NCBI GenBank assembly: GCA_905178155.1
Contig: CAJINV010000020.1
Span: 1,054,001 to 1,118,000 of the forward strand
Direction of reading: 5' to 3'
Origin: Amoebophrya sp. A120
Lineage: Eukaryota; Protista; Dinoflagellata
Length of the DNA: 64,000 bases
Shown here: positions 11,583 to 24,623 of the stretch, one piece after another
Layout of the letters: every line of letters begins with the position of its first letter
Numbering within the stretch: the first letter of the stretch is position 1
The notes under the pieces: model-generated
The model's input: only the letters and a program-made list of their open reading frames with translations
What the model was told of the DNA's origin: nothing
Databases searched by the model: none
Position numbers and translations under genes: made by a program

Positions 11583-14500
11583 CTACTTTTTAATTCTAGC
11601 TAGTGAGCGTTGCAACGCCTGCTGCAACAACCCAGGGCGCGGCTTCGGCGGAAGTGAAGCTGCGAGGACCCCGGATGTTCTTCGCGCGTTCTCGCCTGTT
11701 AGTACCCCAGAGCGAGTTCTTCCAGATCGCGTTCTCATCAGGAGTTCCAGCTTTGGTGATCCACCCACGAAACTGTTTTCGGCTCGCCAGATGGTGGAAG
11801 AGGGGCCATTCCAATTGTAGGTAAGAAAACAACAACTACCCGTGGCACTAGGAGACGTTCTCGGGGCCAAATTGGTAAGCTGTAATGCGGCCTGGTGCTG
11901 CCATTGCGCTGGTAACGCAGCGGAGCCACCGCCGCCTGCTCCACTGTCGTCGGGCAGATGAACAGCCGAAGTCGATGAACTCGATCCCCTCCAATCACCA
12001 GAAGATGGCCGAAAGTGATTCGACAAGGATGATGAAGTAGTAGAACTGTGGTCACCGCTAGTAGTTGTACTACTCAAGTGCAAATTTTGGAGGCAAGAAG
12101 AGAGTCGATTCAGTGCGCACAGCGCCGCTACGTTCTTCACTAAGGGAGATGTGTAGCGCCAACGGTTACACGATCTTGTCGGGTGCTGTGGTGTAGTGGT
12201 AGTTTTTCTGTGGCAGTTTCTGTTTTTATTCTTCATCGTTGCTGCTGATGGCGGTGAGTTGTCGAGTTTCTCCTTTTTTGTACGTGAAGCAAGGTCAACT
12301 TCAACATGGTCATCAGCATCAGAATCGGTAGTCGAATAGCTCCAGGAACTACCGCTGGCCGTCCGACTTCTGGAAGCCATTGGATCACACGCATCGTGTG
12401 CAAACTTCTCCTTGGCTAACCACGCGTGTAGATCGTCTAGGGTAGGCTCGTCGCACAGATCATGAGATAGGCTGTTTCGGTCCGACGTGGTCGGCCGCTG
12501 CTCGTCCTCTACTTTGGCTGAAGAACAATCGGAACGGAAACCGCATTCAACATCTTCAGCATTGAGATTGACGCTTGTTCTTGCCAGGCGATCTTGTCTG
12601 CCTCCTCGCTTAATACCGCCTGCACCTGGAGGAGCTCCCGTCGTCGAGCCTCCTGCTCCGCTATCAAAACTAGTAAGCTCCTTCTGCATCAGCTTCTTAT
12701 CGTTGTGAAGAGCACTCTCATGCGTCGCGGTAGAATTCTCACTTTCATCAAACGTAGTTTGGCCACCAACCTCTTTAATACTTGCTTTGTCTGCCCGCGG
12801 GGCTTCTTTCATCGCGGGCAGAAAATCCGCGGTCACAGCGCCTTCTACCCTAGCCGACGTGGTAAAGCTCCGCTTCGCCGCGGCAACTTTCGGCCTCAGC
12901 TTGATGACGGAGACCTGTTGTGGTGGCACGACATCGGTTGATAGGTGCTCGAACAACTTCTGGGTGTCCTTTTTCTTCCGCGGACACTGTTGCAGCTTTT
13001 TCGGCACGCGAATGATTGCCCCGTTCTCCTCGATATGAACTGCAAAAATGTCTGGGTCTGGAAACTTGTGATGCTGAGTGGCGTAGCATGAGGGGGCCAC
13101 AAGTGCTGGCTCAGCATGACAAATTTCTGAGCTTGTAGGTGTTGCCTATTCTGCATGACAAACTGCGTCTCCGCATGACAGAAAAATGCGGCTCTTGGGC
13201 AACGTGCATGACAGATTTAAGATTCATGCCAGACAAGCATCACAAACATGCATTCTTCCAGACCCAGACATTTTTACATTTGATATTCGAGCAGCGGGTA
13301 GGCCTTCGCCTGGTTCTTCGTCAATCTGGACCTCACTTCTCGGTCGGAAATTTTCGACTTGTATGACGCCCTCAGAATGGAAATCCTCAAAGTGGAAATA
13401 ATTTGTGATGCATGAAATGCGACACCAAAAAGACTGTATTGCAGAGAACGCAATGGAGGCGGACTATTGTGCTTCTACGGGTTCAGAATTGGGCTCCTGA
13501 TTAGCATGAGAGGAGGGCACCCTTTTGCATAACTAGCATGACAGACACGTTTTGAGTGCCCGGGAAATTTGTCATGCGCCGACTATAAATGGTGCTCCAA
13601 CTGGAGTCGCTTTTTTGCATTACAAATTATTTTCACTTTGAGGATTCCCAACCTGAGGCTTTCATAACTTGCCGCAGGACGAGAAAAAGGTGCTGCACTT
13701 GACTTCTTTAACCTCCGTGATGCGTGGTGATGTGGCAGGGGGTTCATCATTGATTGTGGTCGCTGCTTGTTCATCTAGTTGGCCGCCCTCGTCTTGTTTT
13801 GCTCGCTGGTGGACGCCGGTGTCAGTGTCACAAGATGGCGTTAATTGTTCTTCCATGTTGGTTGCGGTAGAGTCAGGAAGCAGGTGGGCCGGCCCGGCGC
13901 CAAGTCTTGCAGACGGACACACCGGTGCCGGAGCAGGTACTGATCGAATCGGTCTGGAGTAGTTTTTGGCAACGGATGCTGACCGAAGTTGCGCTTCACG
14001 TGGATTTTTGTTTGCTACATGTTCTCCGTCTCGTGAACGCACGTTAAATGAACCAGGATTCTGCCGAACACAATCGTCCTCCGCAATGTCGTTCGGCGCA
14101 GCTGATGGGGCCCCTGCTGCTCCTGCATGCAGTTCTTCTTGATCTTGTAGCTCAGCTGCATCACCAATGCGGCTGTCTAGTCTTATTTCTGATTCAGGTG
14201 CTGCAGAGGCAGAGCTCGGACAACTCGCGTTTATTTCTGATGAACTATTGTGATTGTCCTCTGCTGAAGAAGATCTCTCGTCCGCCGATCTAGAAGATGC
14301 CGAGGAGGAAAAGTCGACGGTCTGAATGATATCAACGCGCGTAATCAAGGGTTTTCCGTTTTCCTTCACTACCGGCACGCCGTTCTTTCCCACGGGCTGC
14401 AGTCGCACCTGCAAAAATTCCCGCACAACGGGCCGCGGCCCCGCCGCGCGTCGCGTGCTGGCGATCGGCACGCGATTGTCGTATCGGTGCTTTCTGTTGT

Positions 14501-14978
14501 GGTCGTCGGAGCAAGAGCTGCTGCGACACACTCGGCTTTCCGCTTCCGCGCCCTGCGCCCGGATGGCGCGCAGGAACGCCGAGCGGTCGGGTTTAGTACT
14601 CTGGCTCCTGTTCGCGAGCGAAGAAGAAGTTGGACTTGTGGTCGTGCTGGTGGCGCAGTTCTTTTTGCTGTGACTGCCTGATGAAATTTGTTGAGCACGA
14701 CAATTTTCACCTCCAGCATCTTCAGCGCTGGATGAGGTCGCCGAGGTTGCAGCCGTGCGGTTCGATCGATTTTTTTTCTTGCTCGAATCGCCGGTTGAAG
14801 ATCGGGTGGAGGAACTAAGTGCAGTAGCTTGTTGTAAGGGAAAACAGGGGTGATGTTGCCACGACGTCGACCACGACGTCCTTGCGTCAAACAACAATGA
14901 CAGCAGAAGGCCGCACCAATACCAGCACTTTAGTACCGCGACCGAAGCCAGAAAATTGGCTTTGATGTGATGACTCAT
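11583..14978 (-). CDS. Signal-peptide protein with PD-(D/E)xK-like nuclease domain, paralog 1 (~942 aa, 3 exons)
   Basis: Removing 13362-13666 and 13034-13285 gives a 2829-nt frame. Hydrophobic N-terminus; core TRVDII...EVKEVKCS...LTKNQAKAYPLLEENGA...VPPQQVSVIKLRP is conserved with the paralog at 19329-22199. The nuclease call is from motif recognition. Confidence 0.75.
13034..13285. mobile_element. Introner-type element, family A (252 bp)
   Basis: Family A TIRs, TSD ctcga/ttcga; interior closely similar to 51192-51447. Confidence 0.9.
13362..13666. mobile_element. Introner-type element, family C, diverged (305 bp)
   Basis: ~50-bp imperfect TIR, TSD acttg/acttg; removal gives CGKSKISDRE. 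Confidence 0.88.
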
Positions 14979-16912
14979 CTTCCTCGCGCAGCTGGTGTCG
15001 GTGCAATTTCTACAATTGGGTCGTTAGGTCTAGCTGCCAGCTCGTCTTCGCCTGTCACGCGCCCCTGGTGCGATCAGGAATTCTTGATCTGGATGATCTC
15101 TATGGAGGCCATATGGTGCTGCGCAGCCAGGGCTGTTTGTGGTCTGCCTAATCATACCGTTCAACTAAAGAAGCAAGGACTTTTTGAGTGATAGTGGTTC
15201 TTAAGTTCGCAAATGCTCGCTCTTCGAGTCTCGCAAATGCTTTGTCCGAATAACGTGAACAATTCAAAGAATACGCAAAGGAAAAAAAAAACATGTCACA
15301 GGTAAAAACAAAAGAGAAGATTTGAAATCTGTTGGGCTGCAAGAACTTCGCCTGGAATTATTCTAGTGTTTCATCTAATGCATTTTGTTCTCCTCACTGT
15401 GACGGTCGATATGCTTTGACAAATAAATGAAAATGATAGAGAGCTAAGCCGTTGTTGCGCCTATTAATGTCGTGATATAATTTTTCATCTAGTTGTTCCA
15501 GATCACCGACCGCTATCGCTTTCGATTATTTCTATGACATCGAGATCCAGATCATAAATATCGATATCCAATCTTGATCGCATATTACGAAACAGCCTGA
15601 CAACATCATTGGTGCGTTTAAAAAACCTACATTTATGATTGAAAGCGAAAGACAACAGTCTGGCGAAGTGAACATCTCGAGAGGTGGGAGGAGCCTATGC
15701 AACCCCGCGGAGGGCGGGCGTCATGCTCATGAAACGCCCCGCCAATCTCTTTCTCTATTCCTTGTTCCTGATGGCAGTATTATTGCGGTTGCCGCTGCAA
15801 GCGTCGTGTTACTTGATCCACAGTCTTTTGATATGAAGCTGATGCAGCTGCGAGCTGCCTGCACTTCACATCGCGCATCCTGCACTCTGGCGAATGCCAC
15901 TACCTACTTAATTGCCAGGTGGAACTTGGCATACATTCGCTTCAAGTGAACGTGCAGTGCTCTTCTAAAGTATCATAAAATCAGACATAGAAGTTCTCTT
16001 TCAAAGTAGACCCGCTGCGAGCGCTGTCTCGTATGCTAGACTACTTCTTCATAAAATAAAGGCCTCAGATGTAAATGGCCGCTTTCCACTCTGTGAATCG
16101 TCTCGATGGTTTGATGTCATATGAGGAGCCAGAAGCAGAGTAAGGTAGAATTCTTACACACGCTTCAAGAGTGCTCTAGAGTCCTATCGTAAAATCATAT
16201 ATAGTTCTTTCGCAAGGTAGTGGTAGCCCCACTCCGGGCGCAATCATACAAAATCTCTTCTTGTCAGCGAATACATTGATACCCCTGGTGGTGCAAGGGG
16301 CTCACTTGCAGCTTTCCTACGGTTAAGCTGCACACAGGATGAAGAATAATATCAGCACCACTCACAACCACAAGTTTCCAGATCCAGGCACACGTTTGCA
16401 ATGCGTAGGCGGCTGACGCAATTTCTACACAAGCCACGACGTCGGCACGCATCGTCGTGAATCATCACGGTGCGGCTGCTACTGTTCCACCGTTATGGTA
16501 TCATTTGCTGTTGGCTTGGTTGAAACTCTTCGATGTAATGCTCTGGCGGCATCCTGTGTAAAAACATCTCCAGCCCAGTAAATCCATCATGGATGAGGTA
16601 TCGTTTTTATTTTCCATCATGAGGTTCTCCCCTAAGCAAATCTTCCCTGAGGTATCCATCTTGACTCTGGCAGAGTCAAGGTGGATACCTCGCATACACG
16701 AGTCATCAAGGTCGTTTTGCTGATGTATGATGCGCATGAAAGGCTTGGATGGGCCTGCGCCTGCTCTGTAATCGTGTTTATGGAGTGAAGCCGCCTCGCA
16801 AATCGCTCAATTTTCTGGTGATTTTAGCATGAAAAATTGCGAACCACAGTGAGAAATTGCTCCCCGCCTTGGTCGTGGGGGGTGCGCATGCATAATAGGA
16901 ACCGTTGCGATC

Positions 16913-18092
16913 CTACAGCAAATGCAATGAATCTGGGGTGGCGATGTTCTTACTCACGATAGGTACGTTCTGCCGCCTGAGCCGCTTCAGTTGCCGTTTT
17001 CGGCATTCGTGGTGGAAATGAACTCCAGCTGCGCCCGCACCTGTGAGTACGCCGCCCACACAGAAAGCGGCAGCCGGGGCTGGATGCCCACTAACCAGGC
17101 AGGTGCCGGCAGCTAGACACAGACAGGAGCCAACTAGAGAGCAACCTGCACACGCCTCGGGTGAGCAGTACAACCTGCACACACGCCGTCTCTCGCGATC
17201 GTGTAGCAGCTGCTCAAGCCTTTCCTCCCGTTCAACCCTTGCAGGTGGCGGCCGCCGCACGAAGCACTGGTCGGCGTGGTTGCAGCCAGGACATGTGGCT
17301 GGAAGACCTTGTCTCCGACACCGTTCGACCCATACCGCTGCGCAGTCCCTGTGCATTACATGCCTTTTCCCCCCCGGTTGCGGTGCCTGGGAAAAATTCC
17401 CCCTCCCATCCCAAATGGCAGTGGGGGACTTCCATGTGTTGATGCAGATTCGTGGACGCAGATTGATACGCTTTGACATTGCTAAATGCTATTCTTGCAG
17501 GAGCGGAAGCACATTCAAGCACCCATTGCAGCGTGACGCAGATGCTTACTAGTCTGTGTCGCCAGTTGCAGCATCGTACCTGTAGTTCGGCATGGCAGAC
17601 TGCAGAGCGGTACTAGTTCTAGTGCGGCGCAAAAATACATACGAGAAGAAAAAGCTAAAGCAGATGCCCGCTGTTTCTGCATACACAATTATAAACCGAA
17701 GATTTAATTGGGAGGGGGGGCTTTTTGCTCCCGATAACATTCTTGTAGAACACATGCAGGCCAATGCATGGCCTTCCGTTGAGCAGGGGATCCAGGCAAA
17801 CGGGGCACAGCTCGGCTGGGTCGATCTGGTTACTTTGTTCCGTGCTAGCGGAGTAGTTCTGCTGGTTACCACCTTCCGTCGTGATAGCGGAAGGCAGAGT
17901 CAATGGCTGTCCTGCGGGTCCTCCTGCCTGAAACTGGAGTGCATGCGCAACAGGGGAGAGAAACAAGGATAACGAACAGAGTGCCAGAACGGCTGTCGTC
18001 GCAATCTGACAGCGCACAACCCGAGGAGCGGGTTGCCGGTACATAGACGCATCACGACGCCACGAGGACACGGGAACGACCATCTCCAACAT
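16913..18092 (-). CDS. RING-H2-like zinc-finger membrane protein (~270 aa, 2 exons)
   Basis: GT-AG intron 17387-17753 joins CPVCLDPLLNGRPCIGLH to APQPGGKRHVMHRDC...CPGC; hydrophobic segments near both ends; start codon uncertain. Confidence 0.65.
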
Positions 18093-18716
18093 TTTTGCGA
18101 GGTTACGACTTGATCGTGATGCTGCTACTTGCACAGGGGGCTTCTACTTAGTATAGTAGTGATGAAAACGAGAAAAAAAAACGATTGAGATTGAAAAGAA
18201 AGTGCTTGCCTTCAATCCGTCAAGATCAAATCTGCGATGGCGGTGCGGGAGAGTAGTTCAAGTTTTGTAGTAGAGCGAGGAAGAACAAGAATCAAGTCTG
18301 TAAATGTAGTCGCACTGCGCCAACTATGAAGGAATACTCTATAGGGGGAGCTATGGAAGACGAAGAGCAAGAAGGTTTTTAATACAACTACTTGATAGAA
18401 GTTAGGGGGAGCAATACAAGGTTGTTGTATTTTAAAGTCAGAGACGCTGTTGCGGATGCGGAAAATGGAAATGCAATGAAGACAGCTCCGATCATGGAGT
18501 GAATTCTGATGCTGCGCTGGCTGCGATGGGTAGTCTTCGACATTCACATTGAAGATTCTAGCACTACAATGCCAAATCCTGTGGAACTAAGGACGCTGAT
18601 CCGAAATTAGAGAACCGAGACCCTACTTGTACTTTGCGTTTGCCTTTGCCTTTGCTCCCTCCTCGGCACCGATTTTTATAGTGACACGGATTGGTGGACG
18701 ACCTCCACTTGAATCA

Positions 18717-18797
18717 TCCTCTGATCGATTGTCCTCTGATCGCTTTTTTCTGATCGATTATCCTCTGATCGATATATATCCTCTTAGTCTGATCGCT
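18717..18797. repeat. Cluster of five tctgatcg motifs
   Basis: (tcc)tctgatcg repeated with short spacers in intergenic DNA upstream of the RING gene. Confidence 0.7.
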
Positions 18798-19328
18798 TTT
18801 TTTCTCGTCACCGAGCTTGTTCTACCTCGTCTGCACCGACGCGTTTAAGAAGTACTTGCTTTCTATCTACTTGTTACAACGTCAGCACGTCTCTCCATGA
18901 CAGGTGAGAAAGCCTGTCACGCAACGCTGGTAGGATCGGAATCGGTCGTGAAAACATGTCTGAAAAGAGAACTTCATCATGATGGTTGGCCAGCATGACA
19001 AGGTTGGTCAGCAGGAACTGTGTTGCACGATATTTATGATGCGTTAAACTTACACTTTATGCTTGAAAATGAAAGAGAACAATGCTGACGAGAATCTTTT
19101 TGTTCTTCGCTCCTGTTCTTCTGCAGTTTGGTCCTCGTCGTCGCGGGGACAACTATCACCGTCCAGTGCAGAAAACTGAAAACTTCTTCTGTAGTTCGTG
19201 CACTGGTGCTCATCGATCGTGGGATGCATAGACATGCAACGTCCAATAGACGATCAGACAAAAGCGGGGGCGTGGTAGTGGTAGTGCCTTTGTGATGTAC
19301 AACATCTTCCAGGTTGTCCTCTTTGTCG

Positions 19329-22199
19329 TTAGCTCAGTATACACGTGGACCAGGCTGGTCCTGCTGTATTCATAGGAGAAATACCTCCTGAGCCCGCACT
19401 TGTTCTCTGTGAGGCTGCAGCGGCCCTTCCTCGAAGTAGAACCGCGTTAGGGCTGGCAGCTGTGCTGGCTCCTTTTCTTCCGCGAGCTTCAGCTTGAAGA
19501 TTTTTCGTCGCATCAGTTTCTCCTCCTGAAAGTCGCATTTGTTGCAAACGAAGCGACAGGTCGTTTTCTATCGCTCGATCGTCATCTTGTGCAGCTCTTT
19601 CCACTTCTTCTGCTATTAACCCGGGGTCACGAGGACTCAACACAGCTTGGGGGCCACGTCGGCTGCCGGTTTTTGGCTTCCTTTCCGCGTCTACTGATCG
19701 CGTCTTTGGCAAGGCAGGACCAGTGGTCCCAGGTGCCGAAGCCGATCGAGTTTTTATTCCAGAAGCCGTTAGCAATGACGACGCATGTAGTTGTTCTCGA
19801 CGTCCTTGATGATCTTCACCGCGCGCAGGCTTCGGCGGGTTTTGCCGCGATACAGCAACAGCAGGCTCATCAGTCATCAGATGATCGTCAGCACAATCGA
19901 AATCATCACCATGTTGTACTTCCCAGTCCTCTAGCTCGTCCAGTTCAAAAACAGACGGCAAAGAGAAATCCTCCGGATGATCCACATCTTGTGACGAACA
20001 AGCGCCAGGAGTTGTATCTCCGTCCGTATCATAGCTCTGCTGGTTATGGATGTGTCAGGTTTGAAATCGTCAAAGTAGTTGAAGTAGTTTGCCATGCATA
20101 AAACAGATACCAGTCGGAAGCCCACTTATCAAGCGGCGCATGACAAATTTTCCGAGCGCCGGAATCCAGTTTGTCATGCTGTTTGGGCACAGAAGACTGC
20201 TTTTGTCATGCGAGTTCAGAAGCTCTATTTCAAACCCTAAACAGGCTCACAATCGGCCTCACTTGCTATCCCGGCAAGGCAGGCACCTCATGCCTTGCAT
20301 GTTATGCATGGCAAATCGTTTCAACTTTGTCGATTTCAAACCTGACACTTCCATACTGGTGTAGCAATCCTTGTCCTTCCGTTCTTGCAATCCTGTCTGT
20401 ACGCACTTCCATGCCACGTGGCGTGTCGTCCTGGTTTGTCTTCATTTTCGCCGTATACAGTTCGCGAGACCACGTCGGTGGCGGAATCTTGATGACCGAA
20501 ATTTTTATCGGCGGTACTTGTATCGATTGCAAGCACTCTGCCAGCTTCTGGGAACTTTTCTTTCCCTCAACGGACTTCGGCGCGTTCTTCGGTACCAGAA
20601 TTAGTGCGCCATTTCGCTCCAACAGAGTATGGAAGAGGAAAGTCATGGTCGAGGGGGTGGATGATCATAAAAAACGAGAATCTCAAAATAAAATGTCGCA
20701 CGACGACGTGCAAGTTTTGCTGCAACAGTAACACAGAATCTGAGTGCCGTTTGAAATTACAAGTAGATGAACGCCCCAGCCACTTTCGCACTATGATACA
20801 AAGGGTAGCCTTCTTTCTGATTCGCAGTCAACTGTTATCAACCAAAGAGCATAGTCACCATAGCAATAGCACTGGCAGGCGGGAAATGATCATAATTTCA
20901 CAGCAATGCCAATGTAAAGTCGAGATTCGAATTCGGTTGCTTGCAGGAGTCTGAGAATCTGCAACAGTATAAAAATCTGATGAAAATTCTTCAAGTGAAT
21001 GTCTTCCTCCTCCCTACAGTTACAAATTACAATTTCAATTAGTGGCGGAAGTGGGTCCTTAATACAATAACTTACAGCGGTCTACATTATGTCTAGGGTG
21101 ATAACAGCGTCTGCACTTCCGGGTCGTGAATGTGGGATTTGCCATAGCGGGTGAAATTCGCACTACACTTCACCTCCTTCAGTTCGTGGATACGCGGCGT
21201 GCCAGAGTCAGGAGGCGTGGTTTGAGAATCTGTACGCGAGCCAGCACCTGCAGGATCAACATGCGCCGTTCTACTTCTTGCAGGATACTCCACTGTTTGC
21301 ACCAGGTCGACCCGAACTACCAAAGGGGCTTCCTCTCGCGTCCTCTTGTCCACTTTGCAAGCCGGCTGCTTTGAGTCATCGAGCACCTGTAAGCGAACCT
21401 CCTTAAATTCTCGCAACACGGGGTATGTAAGCGTCGAGATGAAACTGGATCGAGGAGCGCCGGCGTGGTCTCGCGACGACGTTTGATCCGAACTACAGGA
21501 GCGGCTCCGGTTTGGGGATATAATGGACACGTCGTCTGTTGTTCTCGAGGCTGCACCGAGCTCCTTGCTTTGCGAATCGCAATCGACGTCAATAGGTGAG
21601 GTTTCGATCAGTGGGCCCGCCCATCGCAGCTGCTCGTCGTGGATTTCTGTTTCTGGTTCAAGTTCTACTTGTTCTAGCAGTGCAGCCGAAGATGAGGCAG
21701 AGCTACCCGTCGACTTGCAGCGTCTTCGGAACCGGGTCTCGAGGCGTCTTTTACTAGCGATCGGCACCAGTTCTCCCGAAAGATGATCACCATCGCCTTC
21801 ACCTTTTTCAGAAGATCCCTTGGCTACAGTGCGCGTAGTTCGACTGACCCTCTCTTCGCCGTATTTTCCCTGGGCTCGACTGGCAGCTAAAAGAAGCCCG
21901 CGATTTTCGCGCCCTGTGCCTTTGCTTGTCGTGGTGATCTCGTCTCCTGTTCCTATGGATGTTGTAGCGCGGGTCTGGCCACAACGTCCATAACTGCTAC
22001 CTTGCGGAACCTCACTGCAATGACGCACAGCGTCCGAAGAACCGCGCGCCCCATCTTCAGACACAGACACCCGGCTCCCATATGTCACAGAGGCTGCCAA
22101 GAGAAAAGGGATCAGGAAGTAGAATGCGACAGCGGGTGGTAGGCCGGAAAACCGGAGACCGCAGCCGCAGCGCCGTGCACGCTCTTGCTGTGTTTCCAT
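19329..22199 (-). CDS. Signal-peptide protein with PD-(D/E)xK-like nuclease domain, paralog 2 (~701 aa, 4 exons)
   Basis: Removing 20836-21103, 20628-20798 and 20045-20355 gives a 2106-nt frame. Micro-exon ~20799-20835 supplies LTANQKEGYPL. Core VRVDLV...ELKEVKCS...LTANQKEGYPLLERNGA...VPPIKISVIKIPP. Confidence 0.75.
20045..20355. mobile_element. Introner-type element, family C (311 bp)
   Basis: TIR tatgga.g.gtcaggtttgaaatcg.caaag, TSD ctggt/ctggt; opposite orientation to 24624 and 48348. Confidence 0.92.
20628..20798. mobile_element. Decayed introner-type element (171 bp)
   Basis: TAT...ATA, weak TIR, TSD cagag/caaag; removal gives YPLLERNG, matching YPLLEENG of paralog 1. Confidence 0.75.
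20836..21103. mobile_element. Decayed introner-type element (268 bp)
   Basis: tatca...tgata ends, TSD actgt/acagc (3/5); removal gives EVQTLLTANQ, matching EVRSRLTKNQ of paralog 1. Confidence 0.7.
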
Positions 22200-22943
22200 T
22201 TCTTAGTTGTTCTCGTTCGGCTATTTCTATCTGAATTGCAACTGAGCGATCTAGTGTCGACTATGTCGAACCTTCACCAAGCTTTTCGAATCCGATAGGA
22301 AAAAAGAAACACAGGAAATAAAGATAAACCCAAATTGCAGTGCGGCAGCTGACTTTGATTTACTACTATGTCACTATATTATTTTTCGAATATTTTGCAT
22401 ACATTCTAGCGCACGGCGGCTCCTGCAGGCGCGCTGAGGTCCACATCTTCAAGGCGTGTAGCAGCGCAATGAGCAGCTGAGAGTACTAGAGCCTTCTACT
22501 CTTCCGGCCACGACATGATCGTAGCAAGAGAACTACAAGGTGTAGGTTGTAGTATCACGACGACCAATTGGTGGACTTTTCCCATGATGAGAATATCATT
22601 CTGCTGCACAAGATCTTCAAGAAATCTTTTTTCACTTATTGGTTCTCTGGATCCGACAGAAACACGGAAAATGTGTGAGGCATGTTGATCACAATTGTTG
22701 AACTCGGAGACAGACGGACGCTCACGGCCAAAACGAACAAGTGGCAGGATGAAAGCCCTACAAGGTCATGTAACATCATGTAGCAGGTGCAGGAGCAGCT
22801 TGTGGTCGTGCTCGTGGTCCACATAGAAGCCACACCCTTTATTTTTTGCTTTTTGCACGCTCTTTTTTTAAACATCAGACACACGATTGTTATTGTGCGA
22901 AAGGGAGCGCAAGCGGGTACGCTAGAAGCCGGAGCGGATCCAA

Positions 22944-24493
22944 TTAAATCATGTCATCATCATGATTCATCTCATGATCCACGACTCCATCATGGTCTTT
23001 ATCCCTGTGGTTGTTGCCACCAGTGAACCAAGACCCACCCCAGTTCCCCCAGGTCGAGCTCGCACCCACCTCATATGAGTATTTGTTTGCTTCATTGTCC
23101 CAATGCAGCGCACGGCACGAACAGCCTGCGTAGTCGTGTCTGTGTGCTTCATCATGGTCATTTGCAAATATTCTACTCACGCCGTGAAAAAATTTACCGG
23201 CTGTTCCTCTCACATGGTTCGCTATGCTACTCGGGTCGTACCAATCATTATTCTTATAGCAGTGATGCGGCACCATCGACTTAGCAGAACTTGAACTTCC
23301 CTTAGGCTTTCCGGGTTGATTCCAACTACCGTCCAGAACGCTCTTGTAGGCGTGTTCCGCCCCGCGATACAAGACCGACCCCCCTAGTGCTGGACAAAAT
23401 CCCGATCGGACAAGGCTGAGCGGGTCGGTGGCGTGCTTGTTGTGCTTCGGGTTCGGATCCACATGTTGTTCGGGCGATATCTTCGAGATCACATGATCTC
23501 CCTTCGGAATTCTAATTATGCAACGCCACCGAAGTGCTCGCACTTGTTCTTTTAATAGTACATCAACATTATCCTCTTCATGTCAAGCGTCAACATGATA
23601 CTGCGCATCAAACATGCGATAAGCTGTCGTGGACGTGTCGACGCCTTTTACGTTCTTTACCTTATTATACACACACAAACTGCACTGACTACTCTCTCGC
23701 TTTACGCGAAGCCGGGCACCTATGGGAAAGCCAGGCTCGAAACAAAATGACAATAAAGGTCAAACATTTTTTAGCGACGCATCAAGAAATCGAAATGGGT
23801 ACCATTTCAATTTCTGAGCGGCGCGCGGTAAATCTCTGAAGCGGCTGAGTGACTTGCCGCAGGCGTTCTCTTTGGAGAAACGCGCAGCACTCTTGTTGTT
23901 GCGCTCTTTCTCAGCTCAATCTCTAACCCGCAACAGGACTACCATCTTCGCGCTCAACACTTGCCTGCTCTCCAAAGCAGAAAGCAGGTGGCATCTTGTC
24001 GTGCGTTGTGCTATATGCACTTTGAATCTATGTCAACTTTGTCAATTTTTATTTCGAGCCTGGTGACGCTTGCTTCCGTAGCACGGAGGAGCTGATGTAC
24101 ATTATTGGCTACACTACTTCTGATGCAGTCCATATTCATTGTTACGATGCAATAGTGGCTGTTGTCCAGTTGCTTTTCCGGGTCGGACTGATCGTAGCAC
24201 GGAACTTTCCAAGTCTGGCTAGTTTCCAGGAGAAACTTGGAGTCATAAATCTCCTGATGCTCTTCCTTTTTGTGGTCTCCGCCGTGCTTTTGGTGGTGGT
24301 GGTCGCCGTGGTGGCCGCCGTGCTCCTGGTGGTCGCCGTGGTGGCCGCCGTGGTTGTTGCCGTGTGGATGGTCGCTGTGGGGGCCGCCGTGGTTGTTGTC
24401 GTGGGGATGGTCGCTGTGGTTCTCGCCGTGGTGGCCGGGGGTATTGTGGTGCACGGTGTGATGGGGGTGTACGGGTTTGTGCTTAACGGACAT
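22944..24493 (-). pseudogene. His-rich protein gene, apparently fragmented
   Basis: ORF 24011-24493 has GGHHGDH-type repeats and ORF 22944-23543 reads like protein. The intervening and upstream sequence has stops or frame changes that I could not bridge with an intron. Confidence 0.4.
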
Positions 24494-24623
24494 TTTTTCC
24501 AGTAGACCGCTTGATGTGGCGACAGATTCAATTTCAGATGACCACGTAATGCCAATACCTGAGTTGTGAGGACTGCGATAGGAGAGGCTACTTCTGAATT
24601 TATAGAATCACGACGCTACCGCC

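Noticed and set aside
18864-19032. Possible decayed introner (TAT...ATA, catgaca motifs)
   Set aside because: No matching TSD (ctttc vs tttat) and no convincing TIR.
21093-21095. Apparent premature stop making nuclease paralog 2 a pseudogene
   Set aside because: The TAG lies inside decayed element 20836-21103; a micro-exon restores the frame.
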